Assembly (NCBI GenBank): GCA_950097015.1
Contig: CATNEN010000008.1
Coordinates: 2,852,001 to 2,916,000 of the forward strand
Direction: 5' to 3'
Length of the DNA: 64,000 bases
DNA from: Macrostomum hystrix
Lineage: Eukaryota > Animalia > Platyhelminthes
Shown here: positions 48,130 through 58,377 of the stretch, one piece after another
Position numbering within the stretch: the first letter of the stretch is position 1
Layout: each line of letters opens with the position of its first letter
Notes under the pieces: generated by a model
The model's database searches: none
Told to the model about the DNA's origin: nothing
The model's input: only the letters and a program-made list of their open reading frames with translations
Program-made: the position numbers and the translations under genes

Positions 48130-49672
48130 CTGAGCTCAGTATGCAATCCGCTAGAGAATAGTCTCACAAAACTTTCTGAGCAGTCTTCAATTCGCACTGC
48201 CTGCAATTCAGTTCTTTTCCGCTACTTAAGCAAGTGGCGGGTAAGACGTCAATGCTGCTTACCTCTCGGCCTGAGATTTACAAGCCGAAAGTTCTAAATT
48301 TGCTGTCTCAGCACTTTAAATATCCAGCAATATGTTTCTCGCTAAGTAAACCAATTCATACTCCGGCTATTTCTTGTAAGACAGGCAGTGAAATAATAGA
48401 ATATTTGACGCCTATTATTGGAGAAATGACCCTGAAAGTGTTGTTTATTGCATGTGTCGCTTGACTGACCAGCTGAAGCAGCTAGTTTCCAGGGCTACTT
48501 GGCTTGAAATGCGGCAAATGATGAGTCTGTCGTTGAAGAGATTGAGCAACTGAAGATGTGAATTGTTTCATCATGACACTTGTCATTCTCGTAGAACATT
48601 ATAAGAAGCATGTCTCGCTTCTTGAATGAGCTCATTCCATCGGCTGGTCTCCTCTTTCATGCTCACTTTTTGTGCGGGTGAAATTTTGAATCTCTCGGCT
48701 ATAAAACGCGACTTGACTACAACAGTCATTAACAAGTTCGCTGTCAGGTTCTGTGCAGCGTCTCAAGCAGTGCTTTTTCACTGCAAATTCATGCCCGAAA
48801 TGGGATATTAAACTTTAAAGCAGTACCTCATTTCATGAACTTGTACCCCATCCAGCAGTTTAAAAAAATTGAAAATCCATTATCCACAGTGCCATCTTCT
48901 GCTGGCCATTTAAAGTTATTTGCTCACGACGATCAGTCACAACACAACTCGCGCGTATATAAAAAGTACATGAATTAAATGTTTTAGTATGCTAAAATAT
49001 CGTCTACTCGTAATAATGTATTCGTCTTTTCGTCAGCATTATTTGACAGTCAAATAAAAAAGCAAATTAATTGCAGATCTTTTTTACCTCCCGAGTAATA
49101 CCCCAAATCGGCCAAGTAGTACCCAATGGGTACTGGTAAAAAACCCTGGTCTCAAGCCTCGATGCCTCGATGCCTCAATGGCACGAATAAAGATTGAGCA
49201 ATTGTCAGCCAGCAGACAGTCGACAAAACGCCGAGTTCGAATCTGTCAGCGTCGGTAAGCTTCTCATGCACCGGCTGCGCACAACATCGACTTGCTGTAC
49301 GGCGGCACGACTGTACAACGACTTCGGTCAGAGACGGACGCAAAGGTATGGCGCGAAGGTATGGGTCATGGCGTACACACAACCAATGAGGAAAAGGCAG
49401 CAGATCAGCGCAAAGCATCATTTGTCTAACTTTGCGAAGGTGAGAGCACTATCTAGCAGTTTATTATTGTATGAAATGTAGGCTCGATGCAGAGAGTACC
49501 AGTTTTAGTATAAGTTTATAGCATTTGATAGTGATGTACAATTTATTTTGTTAAAATAAAGCTCTAGCTTTATTCAGCAACTGCACGCGATCAGTTAGTT
49601 CAGTATTGTAATGAATTTCCGAATATTGCATTCGAATATTGCTAGATATGTTAGATATTTCAAGGTTTTACA

Positions 49673-50645
49673 GGATATGGAAGCTAGTGCTGGATATGGA
49701 AGCTAGTGCTGGATATGGAAGCTAGTGCTGGATATGGAAGCTAGTGCTGGATATGGAAGCTAGTGCTGGATATGGAAGCTAGTGCTGGATATGGTAGATA
49801 GTCCTGGATATGGAAGCTAGTGCTGGATATGGAAGCTAGTGCTGGATATGGAAGCTAGTGCTGGATATGGAAGCTAGTGCTGGATATGGAAGCTAGTGCT
49901 GGATATGGTAGATAGTCCTGGATATGGAAGCTAGTGCTGGATATGGTAGATAGTCCTGGATATGGAAGCTAGTGCTGGATATGGAAGCTAGTGCTGGATA
50001 TGGAAGCTAGTGCTGGATATGGTAGATAGTCCTGGATATGGAAGCTAGTGCTGGATATGGTAGATAGTCCTGGATATGGAAGCTAGTGCTGGATATGGAA
50101 GCTAGTGCTGGATATGGTAGATAGTCCTGGATATGGAAGCTAGTGCTGGATATGGAAGCTAGTGCTGGATATGGTAGATAGTCCTGGATATGGAAGCTAG
50201 TGCTGGATATGGTAGATAGTGCTGGATATGGTAGATAGTCCTGGATATGGAAGCTAGTGCTGGATATGGTAGATAGTGCTGGATATGGAAGCTAGTGCTG
50301 GATATGGTAGATAGTGCTGGATATGGTAGATGGTGCTGGATATGGTAGATGGTGCTGGATATGGTAGATAGTGCTGGATATGGTAGATAGTGCTGGATAT
50401 GGTAGATGGTGCTGGATATGGTAGATGGTGCTGGATATGGTAGATGGTGCTGGATATGGTAGATGGTGCTGGATATGGTAGACAGTGCTGGATATGGTAG
50501 ATAGTGCTGGATATGGTAGATGGTGCTGGATATGGTAGATGGTGCTGGATATGGTAGATGGTGCTGGATATGGTAGATGGTGCTGGATATGGTAGATAGT
50601 GCTGGATATGGTAGATAGTGCTGGATATGGTAGACAGTGCTGGAT
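49673..50645. repeat. 19-bp minisatellite TGGATATGG(AAGC/TAGA)TAGTGC
   Basis: Read directly. Explains the YPALSTISSTIYHIQH ORFs. Confidence 0.95.
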
Positions 50646-50759
50646 ACTGCTGACATGAACAGAAGCACTCAGCACTATATTGTGATTGTGATGGTGCGGC
50701 TTCATGACCTGTTGTGTTCAAGCCCGCTCATAACACTGCTTAAATACTGAAGAACCATA

Positions 50760-51370
50760 TCCATCTCAAGGCTGATCATATCCACCTCAAGGCTGCTCAT
50801 ATTCTCCTCAAGGCTGCTCATATCCACCTCAAGGCTGCTCATATCCACCTCAAGGCTGATCATATCCACCTCAAGGCTGATCATATCCACCTCAAGGCTG
50901 ATCATATCCACCTCAAGGCTGATCATATCCACCTCAAGGCTGATCATATCCACCTCAAGGCTGCTCATACCCACCTCAAGGCTGCTCATGCCCACCCCAA
51001 TACTGCTCATATCCACCTGAATGCTGCTCATACCCACCTCAAGGCTGCTCATACCCACCTCAAGGCTGCTCATTCCCACCTCAAGGCTGCTCATACCCAC
51101 CTCAAGGCTGCTCATACCCACCCCAATACTGCTCATATCCACCTGAATGCTGCTCATACCCACCTCAAGGCTGCTCATACCCACCTCAAGGCTGCTCATT
51201 CCCACCTCAAGGCTGCTCATACCCACCTCAAGGCTGCTCATACCCACCTCAAGGCTGCTCATACCCACCTCAAGGCTGCTCATACCCACCTCAAGGCTGC
51301 TCATACCCACTCCAATACTGCTCATATCCACCTGAATGCTGCTCATACCCACCTCAAGGCTGCTCATATT
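50760..51370. repeat. 21-bp minisatellite ATCCACCTCAAGGCTGCTCAT
   Basis: Read directly. Explains the MSSLEVG ORF. Confidence 0.95.
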
Positions 51371-52149
51371 CACCTAGAAGCTGCTCGTGTCTACAATTTA
51401 AGAGTAGGGCATTGTTTGTCAGTTCAGCGTATCTTGAAATTATCACTCCTCATGCAGGCAACGACCTTCGATCAGGTCACATAAACTCCAGCTGCGGTCT
51501 CCAGCTTGTACTCAGAGTTCTCATACTCTGTGACGCCATCCGCAGATCCAGCAGCACCAGCTACGAGTTCGGCGTCAACTGTCCGTGTCCCGTCTCGACC
51601 CACCTGAAGTACAAGAGGGTCAGCTGCAACAATTGACTTGAGCAAATATTTCTACAGACACAAAACTCTCATCTCATGACAGTCAGCTCACCATGCCGAT
51701 CATCTCAGCCGCACGGTGACTTGGGTCCAGGCGAGGTTGTCCCCAGCAGAACTGAGCAGTCTGAGAGCCCCTGGCTGCTGCCACCTGAAATAGCTTTAAG
51801 AGTTTGAGAATCTTCTGACTTCAGCACAGACAGCAAACTGGAGCACTGCATTGAGGGCTCACTCTGCAGAACACGCAGGCCATGACGACCGCAGTGACGA
51901 ATCCTGACCCGAATCCAGAGGCGAAGTACTTCAGTCCGTCGTTCTCTTCAGGCAGCCCGGATGTCGGAGAACAGCTGAGCTGAGCTCTGGCACTGCGGAC
52001 GGCCTTAAACGGAACTCCTGTCGGCAGAGTCTGAGTAGCTGTGCAAACGATGCTGAGAACACTGCTCAGTTCCTCACTAGGGACATCGAGCTCTGCGAGT
52101 GACCACAGGCTGACGGCGCCTTCCATGCCTGATTGCTGAAACACCGAGT

Positions 52150-52350
52150 TACTCAGTGAGTCATCGATCAGTCATCCAATGAGTCATCGGTCAGTCACTC
52201 AATGAGTCATTGGTCAGTCACTCAGTGAGTCATTGGTCAGTCACTCAGTGAGTCATTGGTCAGTCACTCAGTGAGTCATTGGTCAGTCACTCAGTGAGTC
52301 ATTGGTCAGTCACTCAGTGAGTCATTGGTCAGTCACTCAGTGAGTCATCG
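52150..52350. repeat. 23-bp minisatellite TCAGTCACTCAGTGAGTCATTGG (continues at 56088-56250 beyond the retrotransposon)
   Basis: The same unit flanks both sides of the gypsy element. Each unit contains TGAGTCA. Confidence 0.9.
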
Positions 52351-55300
52351 TGTTGTGTAGTGATTGAAGTAGAAAACAGATTTTTTTTAGATTCCAAATC
52401 GAGAAGCTTTGAGAGCTTATGGTCGCTCTGTTGCCGTATATTTATAGGCTAGGATGTTAGATATCGAAGGTTCTAGAAATATTCCAGGTGCTGCCGTCGG
52501 TCAGTCGGCACGCAGCGCCCATCGTCTTGACAATCCGCAGCGGCACCGAGAGCCGCGTTCCGAGCTTGCCCCGTCGTGTTGGACGCTGCACCCGAACCCA
52601 GTCGCCGGCGCGCAGTGCGGTCCGTGTAGGCTGCCGTCCGCTGCTGGCGCCCTTGGATTTGCTGGGCCATCTCGGTATGCGCAACCGCGGTGTCCTTAGA
52701 CGGGGACAGGAGAGACAGGGCTGTGCGCCATCGCCTGCCCAGCATCAGCTCCGCCGGGCTCTTCCCAGTCTGGGCATGTGGAGTGCTGCGGTAAGCCTCA
52801 AGGAACTGCAGCAGCGCGTCTTGCATCGGAATGTTCGCCGCCCTGGCCGCTCGGATGCTGTCCATCAGCGTCCTGTTGAGTGTCTCGGTCTTGCCGTTGG
52901 TGCTTGGACGGTAAGGGCTGGTCTTCAGGTGCTGAATGCCCCTGAATACCTCAGAAATCCATCGCCGAACTGTGCTCCGTTGTCGGTGAGGACCTTCTCG
53001 CAGAGGCCCCAGCGTGCGAAAAGGCTGCGCAGCACCTTGCAGATCGTCTCAGTGGTGATGCTTGAAGTTGCAAAGACCTCTGGCCACTTGCTGTGCAGAT
53101 CCGTAATGACCAGTAGGACACGTGATGGTGCCGGTGCCGCCTGCAGCTCGCCCACGATGTCGATGGCGATCTCTGTCTACGGTGTAGTCGGCCATGGCAG
53201 AGGCTGCAGCGGAGCCGGTCGCAGCTTGAAATTCTTCTCCGCTGTCTCGCACGCGCCGCAGTCCCGGACGAACGTCTCGACATCGGCGTCCATCTTTGGC
53301 CACCAGGCGAACTCGAGGAGCTGCTGCTTGCTGCTGCTGCACCACCCCCGGATGTCCAGAATGCACCGCCTCCAGAAGCTCGCGCCGCAGCTGCTGGGGA
53401 ATGATGGCTCGTTCTTGGAAAGCCAGGCAGGCGCCGTCCTGCCAGACGCTGAGGTGCTCGCGGACCTTGAAGTACGGCCGCAGCTCGCTATGCGGTGTAG
53501 AGCTCCAGTTGCCGCTTGTGACGTGCTGAATCACCTGTCGCAGAACCTCATCCTCGGCTGTGGCTATCGCTAGCTGCTGCGGGGTAACAACCCGTACCTT
53601 AGGCATCGCAGTCCGGTAGCTGGACGATGTTCATGTCGGACCCGCAGCTCCACCTTGACAGCATGTCGGGCACGAAGTTGCGGTTGCCCGGCAGGTATCG
53701 CACGTGGAAGTCGTACTGTTGAAACCGGTCGCACCACCGTTGGATGCGCAGCGGCCGATGTCCGGTGCCGCTGGGTCCCAGCAGGAGCTGGCGCAGCGCT
53801 TGGTGGTCGGTCCGCAGCTCGAAATGGCGCCCGTACAGGTAGTAGTGCCACTTCTCCATGGCCCTCAGGATCGCCAGCGCTTCTCGCTCGTTCGCTGCGT
53901 ATCGCTTCTCTGTCTCGGTCAGGTCTCGGGCGGCGAAGGCAATCGGCCTCTCGATGCCGTCTTGGACCAGGGACAGCTGCGCACCGAGGGACTCTGCACT
54001 GGCGTCGCTAGTGAAGATCGTCTCGGCCCCTGGGTCGAAGTGAGCAAGGACCGGCGGACTACAGATAGCCTCTTTCAGCGTCTCGATCGCCTTCTCGCAC
54101 TCCGTCGACCATTCGAACACCGCGTCGCCTTTCAGCAGAGGCCGCAGTGGCGCCGTGACCTCAGCGAAGTTGGGTACGAACCGCATCAGATAGTTGGCGG
54201 ATCCCAGGAACGCCTGCAGCTCCTTCCTGTTGGTCGGCGGGCGCAGCTGGCTGAAAGCTTTGGTCTGACTCTCAGACGGTCGCATGCCGTCGGCTGAGAA
54301 GATGAAGCCAAAGAACTCAATCTCAGTCCTCCGCAGCTGGCACTTGTCCTTGTTGGCAGTGAGACCGGCGTCCTCCAATCGCTTCAGCAGTGCTCGCAGC
54401 CTCGAGTCGTGCTCGGCTTCAGTTGCTCCGAAGACGATGAAGTCGTCCAGGATGTGCTCAACACCGTGCAGATCAGACACCAGGTCGTCCAGCGTCCTCT
54501 GGAATGCCGCCGGTGCCGAAGCAAGCCCGAACGGAACCCTGCAGTAGCGATACAGACCCTGGTGAGTAATGAATGCCGTCAGGTCACGTGATGACTCGTG
54601 CAGCTTCATCTGCATGTATCCTGCCTTGATGTCGATCTTGAAGAACACGCTGCCTCCGACAGCTTTGATCTTGGCCGAGATTTCGTCCAGCTGCGGCATC
54701 GGGTGCCTCCAGACGGTTCAGCTCCTCGCCGACTTGTTGCTGCCTAGTGAGCGGAAGTCGACGGAGCGGCTGCTGCACTGGTGGCACCGCTGCGTTGATC
54801 CTCGGTTTGTGCAATGCGCCCTTGCAGAGACCGATCGAGCCGCTGAAGACAGTTGGGAACTCTCGCTCGATGTCTACGCTGGCGATTTCGGCGTCGATCT
54901 CAGCTGGCGGCTGCAGTTGCACGTGGAAGCCCAGCTTCTCCATCAGGTCGCGGCCGATAAGGTTCTCGCCAGACCTCGTGACGTGGAAGTCGTGCTGCCG
55001 ACTGTGGTGCTTGACGGGCACTGTTGCGATCCCAGCTAGGGCGATCAGCTTCCTGCCGTAGCCTCATCGACGACGGTCTTAGGCGAATGTCGCCCAAGCT
55101 TCGCGCAGTGGCCTCGTTCAGCAGGGACACCATGGCACCGCAGTCGACCATCAGGCTGACGATCTTTCAAATGCTGCCAAGCAGAAGCTCGGCGCGGAAC
55201 TCGTCGTTGCCGTTGACTGCGTAGATCGTCTCTTCCGCGCTGACCTGCATTGCATTGCTGCGGCAGCATCAGCTGAAGTGATTCAGTTTGCCGCAGTTGT

Positions 55301-56088
55301 TGCACTTCTTGCCGTGCGCGGGACATTGGGCTTCGGAATCATGGCTGCGGCCGCATCGCTGGCAGGATCCTCCGGCTTGCTGCCCCGGCTTCTTCTTGGA
55401 CGGAGCGCCATGGTGACCTCGGGGTCAGGCCTCCTGCACAGCCTGGACGTTCCCTGAAGAGCCGGCTGCTGCCATCGCCTTGCTGCCTGCCGCTGCCTCC
55501 TCGATAGTCGTCGCGATCACGATGGCTTGGTCCAGTGTCAGCCTGGCGGCGTCCTCAGTCAGCAGGCGCTCACTAATCCGGCTGCTGCTGGTCTTCTGGG
55601 CCAGCTGGTCGCGGATCATCTCGTCAGTCATTGCTCCGTAGTTGCAGGTTGCTGAGAGCTCGCGCAGTGCTGCGACGAACGTGACTGCGTCCTCTCCGGG
55701 CAGCTGATGTCGCTCCCGGAAATCGGTGACGCGCCAACATCACGTTTGGCCTGTCGCCAAACACAGTCGTCAGCAGGTCGCGGGTTTGCCAGAAGGTGTG
55801 GCCGTCGACAATCGCGTTGTGTGCCCCTGGCAATCCGCTGCCCTTCGAAACCGAGCAGGTGCAGCAGCATGTTGGGGCTCCTCTTTGCCAGTCGCGTAGC
55901 TTCCTCTGTTGGAGCTTCGCCCTCTGCCGGCCATCAGTCCAGATCTGCGCCGCTTGGCAATAGATATCGAAAGTGTCGAGCCATCGATTCCATGGAACTG
56001 CTGGAGGTCCGCTTGCCGGCAGGTACGGTGTCGGTGGGCTAACGTTGAGGGCCATCCTCGTCGCCAGTTGTTGTGTAGTGAATGAAGT
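52351..56088 (-). mobile_element. Degenerate Ty3/gypsy LTR retrotransposon (gag-PR-RT-RH-INT) in a gene C intron
   Basis: The LTR 3' end ...CACTACACAACA occurs at both 56069-56088 and 52351-52370. PBS TGGCGACGAGG is at 56056-56066 and gag ATG at 56055. Motifs: protease LMVDCGA; RT KIDIKAGY...PFGLASAPAAFQR...ILDD; RNase H TSDAS...EREALA; integrase HSGHPG, DLHSKWPEV, LTDNGAQF. There are several frameshifts, an RT N-terminal deletion and both LTRs are truncated. Confidence 0.92.
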
Positions 56089-58377
56089 CATTGGTCATTC
56101 ATTGGTCAGTCATCGAATGAGTCATTGGTCATTCATTGGTCAGTCATCGAATGAGTCATTGGTCAGTCACTCAATGAGTCATCGGTCAGTCACTCAATGA
56201 GTCATCGGTCAGTCAGACAGTGAGTCATCGGTCAGTCACTCAGTGAGTCATTGTTTAGTAATTCACTGAGTGCATTGAAACCCACCTGTGAAATGAGTCG
56301 CAGTGATTTCTTACGGACTACTCCAACATCACAGCTGCAGCTGTGCTCAGGCATGGGCTGAGCAGCTGAGGATCTGAACAGCACGGATGCGTTTAAAAGA
56401 TTCTTGCAATTCGCATTGTTGGGCAACGACAATAAAATTGACACACTCGATGGTGGGTCTGCATGTGAGGTAAATATTTTCATTAGATTTTGAAAGCAAT
56501 GTTGCAGATGGAAGTCATGCAGCTAACTCACAGAGCACGGTGACTGAGGTCTGCTTGCTGACAGAACCAAGGCTGCAAGAGTACTTTCCAGAGTGATCAG
56601 GCAGAGCTTGAGCCACTGCTGTCTTGTGTTCTGCAATGCAGGTACCGTTCGGAAGGCAGAGCTGGAGTCCGCTAGAGTTTGAGCACAGCTGTGAGTTGTT
56701 GCAGTGCAGCTCGCAGCTCACAGTGAAATTCGAGTTGATGGCCACCACCTGAGCCACGGAGGCCGCTGAAAAATTTAAGTTACCATTGAAATTTCGAACT
56801 CAAATTGTGCACTTCCTGCTTGAGAAATTACTTTAATATTAAACTCACTCAGCACACTGACACTGGATGTGTTCGCAACCGAGCCGAATCTGCACCTGTA
56901 GTCACCTGAGTGCTCAGGCTGAGCACTGCCAATGTGCAGCTCATGGCCGTTTATGCAGCTGTCGTTGGGAGAGCACAGCTGCAGCTCGCTTGAGCTCGAG
57001 TTGAGTTCTGCTCCATCGCATTCCAGCCAGCAGCTCACGCTGAACTTTGAGCTCTGAGGCACCAGCTGAGGCGCTGAGGTTTCTGGAGATTTACAAATCC
57101 TCCAATCGACATTGCTAAATCATCGAAATTTTAGAATTTCCCTTCCACAACAATGTGTCCAAAGTAAAAGACCCGAACTCACTCAGCTGCACAGTCTGAA
57201 GCCTGAGATCTGCGAAGCTCATGTAGTCCTCATAGCTGGAGAAGTCGCTTGCTGTGATGTTCCTTCGCAGCAGCAAGTGTCTGACCTGGAGTTCAGATGA
57301 GATCTCAGTGGGATCCAGAACTCAACAGAGCACAACTCAAGGCACAGAGCAGGTCTCACCTCCGCTGAGCAGTTCACGGTGAAGATCTCACCACGCTGGA
57401 TTTGCTGCTGCTTGCTCACCGTCAGGCCGAGACTTGTTAAACTGGCTGCTCATGTTTGTTGAGCTGCAGTGATCACCTGAGAACAGCTGACTGCTGCTGC
57501 TCGATATCCAGATCTCGATGTCTCTGGCTCTCGGGTAGACTTCTGTAGCTCTATCTAAAAGTGAGAACTTCACGACTAAGCAGTGGAAGCTGAAGTGCAT
57601 GGAAAAAATTGAGCAGTGACTCACCCTCTCTGCCCTTCACAGTGACCGATCTGATGAGCACTGACTCATTCAGCTGCACTGCGAACCAATGAAATCCTCC
57701 GTCTGCTTGGCTTCTGTCTGTGCTGGAGAAGAACCTGTAGCTGTAAGGTTTGTCCTTTACAACGTTTTCCTCATTGGCGTAGCTTCTGTTGCTGAAGCAA
57801 GTCGGTCCGTCATCGAAGGACGACTGCCAGGAGCTGAGCACTCGGCTCCTGCGAATCGGCAACTCACAGTCTGCAGTTGCCATGGAAATAGGCAGTGCTA
57901 GGAGCAGTAGAAGCATTGTGGACTTGGCCAATTCTAGAATCTTGAAATCAGTAAATATTTGTGCTGCTGAAATCAACCCAGAAATGAAAGCGGATTCACT
58001 AACGGCCTATTTGAATGAATCGGCACCTGCGATATGATTTGATGATCCAGAGAGTAACACTGTTCACTGCGAATCTAATAAAAGGCTGACGAGGATCTAA
58101 ATGAAGCTCGCCTATACCTGGTGAAGCAGTTTCCGTACATCAAACCTTCTAGAAGTTCCTCAGTCATAATTGGCACAATCTGCTTTATTTCGAAGCTTGG
58201 ACCACAAATAGTAACAGGATATTGTGACGGTTTCTTAACTTTGTTTATTGCTGATTGCAGTGGACTAGTTTGGATACCGAAGATGGCTGAATGTTAGCAT
58301 TGTTGAGCCTTTCTTAACGCTATTGAAATCATTTGAGGATGTGTGAAACTCCACTAATTGTGGCAGGCTAGCTATGA

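Larger units (their letters stand above)
51472..57916 (-). pseudogene. Receptor gene C: SP + lectin + 2 Ig + split stalk + TM + A-type tail; frameshifted in lectin exon b
   Basis: Exons: 57916-57625 (SP fused to lectin a), 57554-57360 (195 nt versus 215 in B, a 20-nt deletion giving a stop at 57388-57390), 57285-57183. Ig: 57082-56849, 56765-56532. Stalk: 56458-56286. Stalk+TM: 52135-51863 (YFASGFGSGFVTAVVMACVFC). Tail: 51784-51692, 51603-51472 (...GVTEYENSEYKLETAAGVYVT*). Confidence 0.8.

Noticed and set aside
49085-49150. AAAAACCCTG end resembling a hAT terminus
   Set aside because: I found no convincing partner TIR or TSD.
52488-55039. Long plus-strand ORFs (361, 197 and 156 aa)
   Set aside because: These are antisense shadows of the GC-rich gypsy pol.
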